This document shows, piece after piece, positions 9,267-19,433 of a stretch of 64,000 bases of DNA; position 1 is the first letter of the stretch, and every line of letters begins with the position of its first letter. The notes beneath the pieces are model-generated. The model did no database searches, was not told the origin of the DNA, and saw only the letters and a list, made by a program, of their open reading frames with translations. The position numbers and the translations under genes are program-made. The DNA comes from an uncultured Alphaproteobacteria bacterium. GTDB lineage: Bacteria > Pseudomonadota > Alphaproteobacteria > Acetobacterales > Acetobacteraceae. The DNA lies in the NCBI GenBank assembly GCA_963726125.1, contig CAVSBG010000005.1:327412-391411 (forward strand), in the 5' to 3' direction.

Positions 9267-9463
9267 TGCGACCTCCCGGTTTGAGCCAGCTTCACACAAT
9301 CGCGTATGGCAACGTCCACCGCCATAATGCCTGACGCAAAAAAGGTGTCCGATAATCAATAACCATTCAAGCGTTTATTAACCGATGGCGCGTAAGCTTC
9401 TCAACGAAAGCGGGAATTCATGCGTCCATGGGACTCGACTTTCACGATAGAGGACAGCGAATC
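9267..9463 (+). promoter_or_regulatory. A/T-rich upstream region of flp (probable promoter and RBS)
   Basis: This is the most A/T-rich stretch in the locus (gacgcaaaaaaggtgtccgataatcaataaccattcaagcgtttattaacc). A GAGGA sequence lies about 8 nt before ATG 9464. I could not define -35/-10 boxes confidently. Confidence 0.35.
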
Positions 9464-9640
9464 ATGCTTGAATATATGCGTACTTGGCTGGCACTCCGCT
9501 TTGATAAGCGCGGTGTCACCGCAATGGAATACGGCCTGATTGCCGCACTTATCGCAGTGGTCATCATCGGAGGGGTCACGGCGATCGGAACCAAGCTTGC
9601 GGCGACATTCCAAGCGATCGCAGCAGCATTACCAGCCTGA
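9464..9640 (+). CDS. flp: Flp-family type IVb pilin
   Basis: The 58-aa protein MLEYMRTWLALRFDKRGVTAMEYGLIAALIAVVIIGGV... carries the Flp motif (G/xxxxEY followed by a hydrophobic helix). The upstream in-frame start at 9428 is less likely. Confidence 0.85.
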   Translation: MLEYMRTWLALRFDKRGVTAMEYGLIAALIAVVIIGGVTAIGTKLAATFQAIAAALPA

Positions 9641-9980
9641 TGACCATCGCCGTGGGGCCACGAAGGATCAACGCAAAGGCCCTCCGGGCGTACGTCTGCT
9701 GACTGACGAACCTAGGTGCTGGCGTGGCGCGACCTTGGCGCAACAGGTTGCGCACCCAGCCTACCGGGCAACGTGCTCCATCAGAACGGCAAAGCGGCTT
9801 CGTTAGCGATTAATCAATGCTGTCGCGTTTCCCTCGCAAAAGGCCAGGAGACAATTGCGATCGTCGTCGAAATCTTCCCAGGTGCCGTTGCACCGCAGCG
9901 ACCCTTGCGTCGCTCTTCTGAATTCACGCGTGACGGTCGCGTTGATCCGGACAGGACGCCGAACGCTCAGCGAGGTTTAG

Positions 9981-10511
9981 ATGTCTGACGCAATTTTCGT
10001 TGTTGGCCTGTTGCACGTGGGCACATTGGTCATCGCAACGGCACTGCTCGGTATTGCGGTGCTGAATGATGTCGCAACGCGCACCATACCGGACTTCGCG
10101 CCGCTTGGCCTGATGCTCATCGGCGCTGTGCTGCGCGCCGTACATGGTGAAGTGCCTGCCGCGCTCGGCGCTTCCGCGGCTGTATTTTTGCTTGCGGCGG
10201 TGAGCTGGCGCCTCGGCTGGATCGGCGGCGGTGATGTGAAGCTTCTTGCTGCCTGTACCTGGTTGGTGTCGCCGGGCCTGGTGCCCCGCCTCGTCTTGAC
10301 GACCGCGATCGCTGGCGGTGGCTTGGCGTGCCTTTACCTCACGCTTCGCTGGGTGTTCCGCGCCGCGCGTGCACAGACGCACGTCGCGCGTTGTCGATCG
10401 CTGACCGTTCGAATTTGGCGCGTCGAACGGTGGCGTATCGAACGTCGTCCGGCGTTGCCTTACGGCTGCGCCATTGCAGCTGGTACGCTGCTCACGCTGG
10501 CCGGTGGCTGA
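9981..10511 (+). CDS. cpaA: prepilin peptidase CpaA (A24 family)
   Basis: This is a polytopic membrane protein with RTIPD and GGGDVKLL aspartyl-protease motifs. It occupies the canonical position after flp. Confidence 0.85.
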   Translation: MSDAIFVVGLLHVGTLVIATALLGIAVLNDVATRTIPDFAPLGLMLIGAVLRAVHGEVPAALGASAAVFLLAAVSWRLGWIGGGDVKLLAACTWLVSPGLVPRLVLTTAIAGGGLACLYLTLRWVFRAARAQTHVARCRSLTVRIWRVERWRIERRPALPYGCAIAAGTLLTLAGG

Positions 10512-10517
10512 CGGACG

Positions 10518-11378
10518 ATGTTCGCACGCATCGCTCTGTTCATGCTGATGGCGATCGGGCTGGCTGGTTTTGGCGCGGTCGCCTGGATCAATTTGCATCC
10601 GGCGACGCCGCCGGCGCAGACCAGTGGAGCGACCGGCGACAGAGTGCCCGTGCTCACCGCCGCCCGGCCATTGCGCGCAGGCACCTTATTGAAGCCGGAA
10701 GATTTGGCGACCGAGCAGCGCGCACCGAATGACGTTCCGGCTGGCGCCCGAATCGATTCCGGCTCGGCCCGCGGGGATCTGTTGGGAGCCATGATCAGGC
10801 GCAACCTCACCAAAGGCGATGCGCTGCTGTTGGCTGACGCGCTCAATCCGGGCGACCGCGGTTTCCTTGCCGCGGTGCTGGGACCTGGCATGCGCGCTGT
10901 CACCGTCGGGGTCGATGCGGTCTCCGGCCTGGCAGGCCTGGTCTGGCCCGGGGACCGAGTCGATCTGATCCTGACACAATCGCAGGATGGTTCGAACGTT
11001 CCTCCCGCTCGCCGCATATCAGGCGAGACCGTGCTGCACGATGGGCGGGTTCTCGCCATCGACCGGCAGTTGATGCAGGGCGCCACATCGGAAAGCCCGG
11101 AAACGGCGGTGGCACGAACGGTCACGCTCGAGGTGACGCCGGCCGAAGCCGAACGTGTCGCGGTCGCTGTCAGGTTAGGTCATCTCTCCCTTTCCGTCGT
11201 GGCCGTCCCTCAGGCATCGAACAAAGGTGCCGAGACCGATCCGGCGTCGCCCCAGGCAGGCAATGCAGTCACGTGGGGCGGTGATGTGTCATCTGCGTTG
11301 CGCGGAGACCCCACCGGCGAGGGCGCGACGGTGCGGCTGTTCCTGGGTCCAACCGACAGCAAGGAGCTCCACTTCTGA
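10518..11378 (+). CDS. cpaB: Flp pilus assembly protein CpaB
   Basis: There is an N-terminal transmembrane helix and a SAF-like region (RPLRAGTLLKPEDLA). The position is syntenic, and the stop overlaps the cpaC start (TGATG). Confidence 0.85.
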   Translation: MFARIALFMLMAIGLAGFGAVAWINLHPATPPAQTSGATGDRVPVLTAARPLRAGTLLKPEDLATEQRAPNDVPAGARIDSGSARGDLLGAMIRRNLTKGDALLLADALNPGDRGFLAAVLGPGMRAVTVGVDAVSGLAGLVWPGDRVDLILTQSQDGSNVPPARRISGETVLHDGRVLAIDRQLMQGATSESPETAVARTVTLEVTPAEAERVAVAVRLGHLSLSVVAVPQASNKGAETDPASPQAGNAVTWGGDVSSALRGDPTGEGATVRLFLGPTDSKELHF

Positions 11379-12826
11379 TGAAGCATCTGCTCATGGCGGT
11401 GACGATTGCTTTGGCCTTGGCATATCACGTCGCTCTGGCGGCTCCCGCCACCGAGCAGACGAACACGTCCGTTGCCGGCACGTCCCCGGTCGCTACGCAT
11501 GCCAGACCGGCGGCGCAGAATGTGATTACGATCGATGCTGGCAGCGGGCGTGTGCTGCAATTGACCACTGGTGCGGCCAGTGTGTTCGCTGCCGATCCAA
11601 AGATCGCCGAGGTGCGTCCGGCCAGCGCCACGAGCCTGTTCATATTCGGCGTCTCGCCTGGGCGCACCACGGTCGCCGCACTTGATGCCAACGGCAAGGC
11701 CATCGTGCAATACGACGTGATCGTCCGGCCTTCCAGCTACGCTGCCGGTCAGGCAGAGGCAGCTATCGCACAGGCACTCCCCGGCGCAGCAATCCATGTC
11801 GAGACCGCGGAGAACGGTCTCACGGTTAGCGGAAAGGTGAAGACGCCCGCCGACGCGGATCGCGCGATGCAGATCGTGCGTGGCTATTTGCCAACCGGAC
11901 AAACCTTGGACAACCGCCTGTCGGTCGCCGTCCAGCCTGCAGGTGAACCTGCGCGTGCGCATCGCGGAAATGAGCCGCAACCTGATCCGTCAGTTGGGCG
12001 TGAACTGGTCCAACCTCATAGAGCTGGGCAAGTACGCGCAGATCGGCCTGCTTACCAACAATCCGCTGGTGAATCTCACACGCACGCCGAACCAGGCATT
12101 CGGCAGTTATAACTTTCCGACGCCCGGCCATGTGGTGGACATCAATGGACTGATCGACACGCTGTCGCAGGACGAACTGATCCACGTGCTTGCCCAGCCG
12201 AACCTGACGGCCGATCAGCGGCGAGGCCGCGAGCTTCCTGGTCGGCGGTGAGTTCCCGATTCCGGTCGCCCAGCAGAACAACCAGGTGACGATCGAATTC
12301 AAGCAGTACGGCGTAAGCCTGGCGTTCGTGCCGACGGTTGCTTCGGACGGCCAGATCACGATGAAGGTCCGCACCGAGGTCAGCCAGCTCACCAATCAGG
12401 GCGCCGTGCAGCTTTCTGCCGGCAACTCGACCATCCAGGTGCCCGCCCTGACCGTCCGACGCGCCGAAACAGCGGTCGAGCTCGGCAGCGGCGAAAGCTT
12501 CGCGATCGCTGGGCTGTTGCAGGACGCGGTCAACGTCACCGGCAACGGCGTGCCGTTTCTCGGCGACGTGCCGGTACTCGGCGCGTTGTTCCGATCGGAC
12601 AACTTCCAGCGCAACGAGACGGAACTGGTCATCGTCGTGACGCCATATGTCGTGCGTCCGGTGGCCAGCCTATCCGCCGCTGCATCTGCCGACGGACGGC
12701 TATCAGCCTCCGACCGATCTCGAGCGCATCCTGTTGCTGCGCCAGACCGGCCGCACCGGTGGTCCGGCAGCGGCGAGCGCAACAATGCCGCAAATCCCCG
12801 GGAACGCCGGATTCATCGTGCAATGA
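11378..12826 (+). pseudogene. cpaC: Tad secretin CpaC, interrupted by three frame changes
   Basis: The secretin sequence continues across four reading frames:
- Signal peptide and N-domains (11378 to about 11935).
- QVNLRVRIAEMSRNLIRQLGVNW... (to about 12213).
- ISGEAASFLVGGEFPIPV...VIVVTPYVVRPV (to about 12670).
- PLHLPTDGYQPPTDLERILLLRQ...NAGFIVQ, with the stop at 12824-12826. Confidence 0.8.
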
Positions 12827-12839
12827 TGGGAACGCCGCC

Positions 12840-13135
12840 ATGCTGAGACGTCAACTGCTATGCATGGTCGTGCTGTCACTCGCTGGCTGCGATGCGACGG
12901 ACCCTTATCTCAGACAAGGTGTATGGCGTCCGAACGGCGCCAACGAAGCCAATCTTCGAGCGATGGTGGTATCGCCCTCCGACCTGGTGCGAGGCGTCAA
13001 CAGTTCAGCGGGCGACGGGCAGCCAGGCCGCAGCAGCCCTGGATCGTCTCCGAAACGACAAGACTGCGGGCGCTGCCTGACAGCGGCATCGCCAAAGTGG
13101 TGCCGATCAGCAGCGGGTCGCAAGGCGGCCCTTGA
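12840..13135 (+). pseudogene. cpaD: CpaD-like pilus lipoprotein, interrupted by two frame changes
   Basis: The lipobox is MLRRQLLCMVVLSLAGC. The text continues in the +1 frame (QAAAALDRLRNDKT, from about 13022) and then in the +2 frame (RALPDSGIAKVVPISSGSQGGP, from about 13062). It ends in a TGATG overlap with the cpaE start. Confidence 0.65.
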
Positions 13136-14385
13136 TGCCATCTGTCGTTGCGCTCGCGGCACCGCCGCCGGAGGCGGCACCTGTCCGCCCCGATCGCAAG
13201 GATATCGTTGCGTTCGTCTCGGACGCCGAAACCGAGACCGTGCTGCGCGACGGCCTGAGCGACGCGGCGCCGCACGGCGTCGAGTTCCACCGTACCAATA
13301 TTCGTGGTGCCATCGAAATCCTGCGGCAAACCTCAACACCGCGCGTGCTGGTGGTTGACGTGACCGGCGAAGGCCGTCCTCTGAACGCGCTGGAATCGCT
13401 GTCAGAGGTCGTCGAACCAGACGTTCAAGTGCTGCTGATTGGCGAATTCAACGACGTCAACTTCTATCGCCACGCCACACGCAGCCTGGGCGTCAAGGAA
13501 TATCTGTTCAAACCGATCACCCGCGAAATGGTGGCGCGGCATTTCGGCCCCGTCATCATGAACCGCTCACGTCGGCCGGAGGCGCTGCAGGGCGGACGGG
13601 TCGTGACCATCACCGGCGTTCGTGGCGGTGTCGGCGCCAGTACCATCGCGGCAAATCTCGCCTGGCATCTGGGCAAGCGCGCCAATCGCCACACCGTGCT
13701 GTTGGATGGCGACCTCTACCGCGGAAGCTGCGCTATCCTGCTCAACGTGAAGCCCGGCTCGGGCTTGCGAACGGCACTGGAAACACCGCAACGCATCGAT
13801 GACCTGCTCCTCGAGCGTTCGGCGCAACTCGTCACCGAGCGGCTGCATGTGTTGTCCGGCGAGGAGAATCTCCTCGACAACATCAAGTATGAAACCGGCG
13901 CGGCCGAGCGACTGACCGAAACCCTGCGGCGACGCTACAATTTCGTCGTCATCGATGCGCCATTCACTGGTTCCGCGCTGCATCGCGATCTGCTGATGCA
14001 GGGTCATCAGCGCATCCTCGTGCTCGAACCGACACTGGTGGCGGTGCGCGACACGCTGCGCCTGCTCGCCTTGCCGCAGGGTCCACTGCAAGTGCATCGC
14101 GGCCTGATTGTCCTCAATCGCATGAACCGGCCCGGGGCACTGTCGCGCCGGCAGGTCGAAGATGCGCTGAAGATGCCAGTAGACATCGCAATCCCAGACC
14201 TGCCGAAGTTCGTGGAGAACGCGGCGAGTGTCGGTGTACCGGCCGCTTTGAATCGCCGATTTTACAAGGGAATTGTTGCTCTCGCGGCACAGGCCGCAGC
14301 AGCATTTCCCGTTGATAGCACTCCCGAGCGTTCAACCACGCCGAGGCCATCAGGATGGAGGCGTCTGTGGATACCGCGTCGCTGA
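13135..14385 (+). CDS. cpaE: pilus assembly ATPase CpaE (MinD/ParA-like with an N-terminal receiver-like domain)
   Basis: The deviant Walker A reads GVRGGVGASTIAANLA, the N-terminal domain is receiver-like, and the position is syntenic. An alternative TTG start lies at 13132. Confidence 0.85.
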   Translation: MPSVVALAAPPPEAAPVRPDRKDIVAFVSDAETETVLRDGLSDAAPHGVEFHRTNIRGAIEILRQTSTPRVLVVDVTGEGRPLNALESLSEVVEPDVQVLLIGEFNDVNFYRHATRSLGVKEYLFKPITREMVARHFGPVIMNRSRRPEALQGGRVVTITGVRGGVGASTIAANLAWHLGKRANRHTVLLDGDLYRGSCAILLNVKPGSGLRTALETPQRIDDLLLERSAQLVTERLHVLSGEENLLDNIKYETGAAERLTETLRRRYNFVVIDAPFTGSALHRDLLMQGHQRILVLEPTLVAVRDTLRLLALPQGPLQVHRGLIVLNRMNRPGALSRRQVEDALKMPVDIAIPDLPKFVENAASVGVPAALNRRFYKGIVALAAQAAAAFPVDSTPERSTTPRPSGWRRLWIPRR

Positions 14386-15746
14386 ACGACAACACCACGA
14401 TCAGGTTCGGCCGCCGGCACAACACCTCCGTGGAGGCACCGATCAAAGAGGTCGAACCTCTGCCACCGCCAAAAGCGCTGCTGCCTGGCGCCGCGATCGC
14501 CGAACTGCGGCCATTGTGTCTCGCCGAGATGGATCCGACCGCACTGGCAAAGCTGACACATGAGGAACTCACCCAGGAGGTCGAGCGCACGCTCGCCGAC
14601 ATCGCAACGCAGCGCCGTATCCAGCTCAACGGCCGCGAACAGCGCCAGCTCGCGCACGAACTCGTCAACGACATGCTGGGACTGGGGCCGCTCGAGCCCC
14701 TGCTCGAGGATGACTCGATCACCGATATCATGGTCAACGGTCCGGAGAAGGTTTTCGTCGAGCGCCGCGGGAAACTCACTCTGTCGGGCGTGCGCTTCCG
14801 CGACGCGGCGCACGTGGCTCATGTGTGCCAGCGCATCGCAGTCCGCGTCGGACGCCGCATCGACGAAAGCAGCCCGATGGTGGACGCCCGGCTGAAGGAC
14901 GGTTCCCGCGTCAACATCGTCTTCCCGCCGCTCGCACTCGACGGTCCCTATGTCTCGATCCGCAAATTCTCCCGCAACAGGATCGATTTCGCCCGGCTGG
15001 TGGAATTCGGTTCGATGACACAGAACGCCTCACGCATACTCGAAATGGCCGCCCGCGCCCGCCTCAACATCATCATTTCCGGTGGCACGGGCTCCGGCAA
15101 GACGACGCTGCTGAACGCGCTGTCACGTCTGATCGACATCGACGAGCGTATCGTCACCATCGAGGACGCGGCCGAATTGCAGTTGCAGCAGCCACATGTT
15201 GTGCGCCTGGAAACCCGCGTCGCCAGTCTGGAAGGGCGCGGCGAGGTTAACCAGCGCGATCTGCTCCGTAACGCCCTGCGCATGCGCCCCGACCGCATCA
15301 TCGTCGGTGAGGTCCGCGGCAGTGAGGCGTTCGACATGCTGCAGGCAATGAACACCGGCCACGACGGCAGCATGTCCACGATCCACGCGAACAGTGCGCG
15401 CGACGCACTCACCCGCATTGAGAACATGGTCCAGATGGGCAACATGGGCCTGCCGGCGCGCTCCATCCTGACCCAGATCATCGGCGCCGTGGACCTGATC
15501 GTGCAGATCGAGCGTCAGCGGGACGGCGTCCGCCGGGTGATCCAGATCACCGATGTCTGCGGCATGGAAGGTGACATCGCCACCCTGAACGACATCCTGC
15601 ATTTCGAGGTCGAGGGCGAAAGCCCCAGCGGCAAGATCCTCGGGCATTATCGTTGCACCCGCGCACGGCCAAGCTTCCATGAACGCCTAACCTACGCAGG
15701 CGTGGACCGTGCATGGACCACCGCCATGGACGAAGCCTGCAAGTGA
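14355..15746 (+). CDS. cpaF: Tad secretion ATPase CpaF/TadA
   Basis: The Walker A is GGTGSGKTTLLNAL, the Asp/His boxes read RPDRIIVGEVRG and MNTGHDGSMSTIHAN, and the length is 463 aa. Confidence 0.9.
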   Translation: MEASVDTASLNDNTTIRFGRRHNTSVEAPIKEVEPLPPPKALLPGAAIAELRPLCLAEMDPTALAKLTHEELTQEVERTLADIATQRRIQLNGREQRQLAHELVNDMLGLGPLEPLLEDDSITDIMVNGPEKVFVERRGKLTLSGVRFRDAAHVAHVCQRIAVRVGRRIDESSPMVDARLKDGSRVNIVFPPLALDGPYVSIRKFSRNRIDFARLVEFGSMTQNASRILEMAARARLNIIISGGTGSGKTTLLNALSRLIDIDERIVTIEDAAELQLQQPHVVRLETRVASLEGRGEVNQRDLLRNALRMRPDRIIVGEVRGSEAFDMLQAMNTGHDGSMSTIHANSARDALTRIENMVQMGNMGLPARSILTQIIGAVDLIVQIERQRDGVRRVIQITDVCGMEGDIATLNDILHFEVEGESPSGKILGHYRCTRARPSFHERLTYAGVDRAWTTAMDEACK

Positions 15747-15757
15747 CACACGCAATA

Positions 15758-16711
15758 ATGTACCAATTGGCTGCCGCGTCGCTATTCCTGGTATTCGCAT
15801 GTGCGATCGCCGTTCCGCTGATGCAGGCCGACCAGCGCTACCGAAAGGTCAAGGACCGCATTGAGCGTTTTGCCGCGCCATATGCGCGCGCCACCGTCAT
15901 CGATGCGCGTGAGACCACGGGCAGTACCGGTGCCGTCAACAGCAGACGCATTGTCATGAAGATACTGACAGGTCTGATCGGCTTCGTCCCGTCGCACAAG
16001 CAGCATTACCCACTGGCCTGGTGGATCGTGGTACCCACCGCGCTGGTGCTGGCACGCCTTATGCTGGCGTTCGTCCAAAGCGTGTTCGGCGCGTCCGCGC
16101 TCCTGGCTCTTCCGATTGTCTGGGCGTTGTTCACGCGCCAATTCTATCGCTGGTGCGAGCAGAAGCGCCTCAGGCTTCTGTTCGAGCAGTTCCCGGACGC
16201 GCTGGCGATGCTGGTACGTGCGGTGCGCGTTGGTATTCCGATCACCGAAGGCATGCGCAGCATGGCGGCCGACTGCCCTGAACCCACCGGCCGGGAGTTT
16301 GCCCAGGTGGCCGATCAGATCACTCTCGGCGTGACGCTGAATGAGGCCTTACAGGGTCTGGCGGAACGCAATGAACTGCCGGAGTACGGCTTCTTCGCGA
16401 CCGCGCTGGCGCTGCAAAGCGAAACCGGTGGCACGGTCACCGATACGCTGGACCGTCTGGCCGAGGTCATCCGCAAGCGCGTCGCCTTGCGCGAGCATGC
16501 CCGTGCACTCGCGTCGGAGGCGCGAACCAGCATCGCCATTCTCGCGGCTCTGCCGGTTTTCACCGGTACGGCTCTCGCGCTGATCAACCCCGGCTATATC
16601 AGCATCTTGTTTACCGACCCCCAGGGACGCGGTGTCCTCATTGCGGCCATCAGCTCGCTCTCGATTGGCGTTGTGACAATGCGGACCATCGTGTCGCGGA
16701 GCCTGGCATGA
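15758..16711 (+). CDS. tadB: type II secretion F-family membrane protein TadB
   Basis: This is a polytopic protein with a T2SSF-type cytoplasmic domain (FPDALAMLVRAVRVGIPITEGM). An alternative GTG start at 15743 overlaps the cpaF stop. Confidence 0.8.
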   Translation: MYQLAAASLFLVFACAIAVPLMQADQRYRKVKDRIERFAAPYARATVIDARETTGSTGAVNSRRIVMKILTGLIGFVPSHKQHYPLAWWIVVPTALVLARLMLAFVQSVFGASALLALPIVWALFTRQFYRWCEQKRLRLLFEQFPDALAMLVRAVRVGIPITEGMRSMAADCPEPTGREFAQVADQITLGVTLNEALQGLAERNELPEYGFFATALALQSETGGTVTDTLDRLAEVIRKRVALREHARALASEARTSIAILAALPVFTGTALALINPGYISILFTDPQGRGVLIAAISSLSIGVVTMRTIVSRSLA

Positions 16712-17643
16712 CCCGGCAAATGCTCCTGCTCATGGCCTTCGCTGCCGGTCTGTTCGTCATGGCGGGCGTCATCCTGAACCGCCGTCTGCGGCGTGATGCG
16801 GTCCTGGCTGGGCGGATGCGCGATGTGCAGCGCAGCGCCGGCATCGAGGCCGTCGTAGCGCCGGCACAGGCATCGTTGCCCAGGGCGCTGCGATTGATTG
16901 CAGGGATCGGTGAGGCGATCACACGCGGTGGGTTGTTGTCAGCGAACACCTTGGAAGATCTCGAAGCGCGCCTGGCAGCCGCCGGGTTTCGCGGCCGGAC
17001 CGCCCTGGCGTCATTCATCGGTGCCAAGCTGGTGGCGCTCATTGGGATGCCCCTCCTCGGCTGGCTGATGGTCGAGCGTACCGAATGGCCCTGGGGCTTG
17101 CAGTTGATGGGGATAGCCGTCGCGTCCCTCGCCGGCATGATGCTGCCTGACTATGTCGTTCGGTTCCTCCACAAGCGACATCTCCAGGCTGTCGAGCGCG
17201 GTCTGCCGGATGCACTCGACATGCTGGTGATCTGCAGTGAAGCCGGGCTGGGACTGGAGCCCGCAATCGATCGCGTCGGCCGGGAGATTGTAAGCGCGCA
17301 CCCCAACGTCGCCGAGGAACTGCTCCAGGTCGCACGCGAAATGCGCGTCAACGCAGATCGGCGTGTCGCGCTGATGAACATGGGCAAGCGCACCGGCCTC
17401 GCGTCACTGCGGCGACTTGGTGTCACGCTCGTCCAGACGCTGCAATACGGCACGCCGCTCAGTCAGGCGTTGCGGACGCTGTCAGCGGAAATGCGCCAGG
17501 AGGCCCTCAACCGCTTCGAGGCGCGTGCCGGCCGCCTGCCAGCCCTGCTAACCGTGCCGATGATCGTATTCATACTGCCTTGCGTGTTCCTGGTCGTCGG
17601 TGGCCCCGCGATCATCCATGTCCTCCAGGCAATGCTTCAATAG
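16708..17643 (+). CDS. tadC: type II secretion F-family membrane protein TadC
   Basis: This is a second T2SSF paralogue (LPDALDMLVICSEAGLGLEPAI). Its start overlaps the tadB stop (ATGA). Confidence 0.85.
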   Translation: MTRQMLLLMAFAAGLFVMAGVILNRRLRRDAVLAGRMRDVQRSAGIEAVVAPAQASLPRALRLIAGIGEAITRGGLLSANTLEDLEARLAAAGFRGRTALASFIGAKLVALIGMPLLGWLMVERTEWPWGLQLMGIAVASLAGMMLPDYVVRFLHKRHLQAVERGLPDALDMLVICSEAGLGLEPAIDRVGREIVSAHPNVAEELLQVAREMRVNADRRVALMNMGKRTGLASLRRLGVTLVQTLQYGTPLSQALRTLSAEMRQEALNRFEARAGRLPALLTVPMIVFILPCVFLVVGGPAIIHVLQAMLQ

Positions 17644-17654
17644 GGAGTGCAGCC

Positions 17655-18389
17655 ATGCGATGGTTCATCATGCTGGGGTGGGTTGCCCTGCTTGCCGGAT
17701 GCGCCGGCCAGGACCGCAACAAGGCGATGGGAGATTTGCCTGACCTCCGGGTCGCCGATGCGGCGACTGCAAGCGGGCTGCCACAGACCGCCCTCGCGGT
17801 GACGCGCGAAATCCTGCAAAGCGACCCGCGTAACGTCGGCGCACTATTGCGCCAGGCCTACGCGCTTATGTCCATGGGACAGTCGGAGGCGGCCGAAGAG
17901 TGCTACCGGCGTGTACTCGAGATCGATGCACGTTCCGCCGATGGCCTGCGAGGCCTCGGACGCGCCTATCTGGCGAAAGGCGAGGTTCACGAGGCCGAGG
18001 CTACATTCCGCAAGGCTATCGCCTCCAATTCGGCCGACGCGGCGGCGCTCAATGATCTGGGCATCGCTCTCGATCTGCAGGATCGGCATGAAGATGCGCA
18101 AGTCGCCTATCAGTCTGCCCTGGCGCACCAACCAGGGATGACCCCGGCCCAGGTGAACATGGGGTTGTCGCTTGCATTGGCGGGAAACACCGATCGCGCC
18201 CTCGCACTGCTGCGCCCGTTGGCGAATGATCCGATGGCTGACGCCAAGATCCGACAGGACCTTGCGGTCGCGCTGACGCTCGCTGGCGACGAAATTCAAG
18301 CTGGCAAGCTGCTGGCGGCCGATCTGCCGCAGGACAAGGTGTCCTCCGCGCTCGCCGGCTATGCCGCGCTCAAGGTCTCGGCCAAATGA
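17655..18389 (+). CDS. tadD: TPR-repeat lipoprotein TadD
   Basis: The lipobox is MRWFIMLGWVALLAGC, followed by TPR-like repeats (ALLRQAYALMSMGQSEAAEECYRRVLEID...). The upstream extension to 17580 is rejected. Confidence 0.75.
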   Translation: MRWFIMLGWVALLAGCAGQDRNKAMGDLPDLRVADAATASGLPQTALAVTREILQSDPRNVGALLRQAYALMSMGQSEAAEECYRRVLEIDARSADGLRGLGRAYLAKGEVHEAEATFRKAIASNSADAAALNDLGIALDLQDRHEDAQVAYQSALAHQPGMTPAQVNMGLSLALAGNTDRALALLRPLANDPMADAKIRQDLAVALTLAGDEIQAGKLLAADLPQDKVSSALAGYAALKVSAK

Positions 18390-18868
18390 ACGCACACCGC
18401 AACAAAGGCGCGGCGTCGGTCGAATTTGCCATCGTCGGCCTGGCATTCATCTCGCTGCTGCTGCTGGCGATGGAAACCGGATGGCAACTGCTGATCGACT
18501 CCGCGCTCAGTTCCGGTGCCAGGGCAGCGAGCCGTTTCGGCAGCACGGGCACTACCGTCGCCGCAGGCATCACTCCGGCACCGACAGACCGAAACAGCTC
18601 GATCGAAGATGTCGTCATATCCAACTCCGGGGGACTTTTGCTCGCCGGCCGGCTGCAGATCACCGAAGCGAACTACGCGAGCTTTGCTGCCCTCGCCGCT
18701 GGTGGTGTCAGCGCGCCTGGGGCTGGTAGCGCGAGCCAGGTCGTACAGTACAAATTCACCTACACCCAACCTTATCTGACACCGATTGCAGCGGCGATTA
18801 CCGGCAGTAGCCAGCTCGTCCATACCGCGACTGTGACCGTGCTCAATGAACCATTTCCCGCGAACTGA
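18386..18868 (+). CDS. tadE: TadE-like pseudopilin
   Basis: The N-terminal TadE motif is GAASVEFAIVGLAFISLLLLAMETG. The start overlaps the tadD stop (ATGA). Confidence 0.75.
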   Translation: MNAHRNKGAASVEFAIVGLAFISLLLLAMETGWQLLIDSALSSGARAASRFGSTGTTVAAGITPAPTDRNSSIEDVVISNSGGLLLAGRLQITEANYASFAALAAGGVSAPGAGSASQVVQYKFTYTQPYLTPIAAAITGSSQLVHTATVTVLNEPFPAN

Positions 18869-19433
18869 ACGGACCGCCGGGTGGCGGCGTGGTGTGGCGG
18901 CGATCGAGTTCGCACTGGTGGCGCCGCTTATTCTGCTGATGATGCTGGCTGGTGCCGATATCACCATCTTTTTGCGAACCGCGATGCGTATCGATGAAAC
19001 CGCGACCGGCGTCGCCCTGGTGGTGACGCAATACCAGAGCCTTTATACCAGCGACTTCACCGACCTGTTCAACGCAGCACAGACGATCGCCGGGACAACG
19101 ACGGTCACCGGCTTGTTCGGCGCAACGATCATCACCGGCATCGTCAACAGCAGTGGCAAACAAACGATCGCCTGGCAGCAGCGCAGCTCGTCGGCCACGT
19201 TCAACAGCGTGTTCGGCAAGACAGTTGGCGCCGCGCCGGTGTTGCCGAACAACTATACGCTGCCCGCCGGCGGCGTGCTGATCGCGGTCGAAGTGTTCAC
19301 CACGGCGACCCCCTGGGTGTTCAGCGCGAAGATGATGGGCGCGTCCAGCATCTCGTCGCTGCGGTCCTACGCCCTCTACCAGCCACGGCTCGGCTCGTTG
19401 GCAACAGTCACTTCAGGGAACCGTCCGCCATGA
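18846..19433 (+). CDS. tadF: TadE/TadF-like pseudopilin
   Basis: The N-terminal motif is RRGVAAIEFALVAPLILLMMLAG, and the position is syntenic. Confidence 0.7.
   Translation: MNHFPRTERTAGWRRGVAAIEFALVAPLILLMMLAGADITIFLRTAMRIDETATGVALVVTQYQSLYTSDFTDLFNAAQTIAGTTTVTGLFGATIITGIVNSSGKQTIAWQQRSSSATFNSVFGKTVGAAPVLPNNYTLPAGGVLIAVEVFTTATPWVFSAKMMGASSISSLRSYALYQPRLGSLATVTSGNRPP

Noticed and set aside
9716-9988. A 90-aa ORF in the 340-nt flp-cpaA spacer. I also looked there for a second flp copy.
   Set aside because: No frame shows a Flp motif (G-x4-EY plus a hydrophobic helix). The ORF has no RBS and an odd composition. The spacer contains only short 5-6-bp hairpins (9738-9753, 9898-9913), which are too weak to call as terminators.
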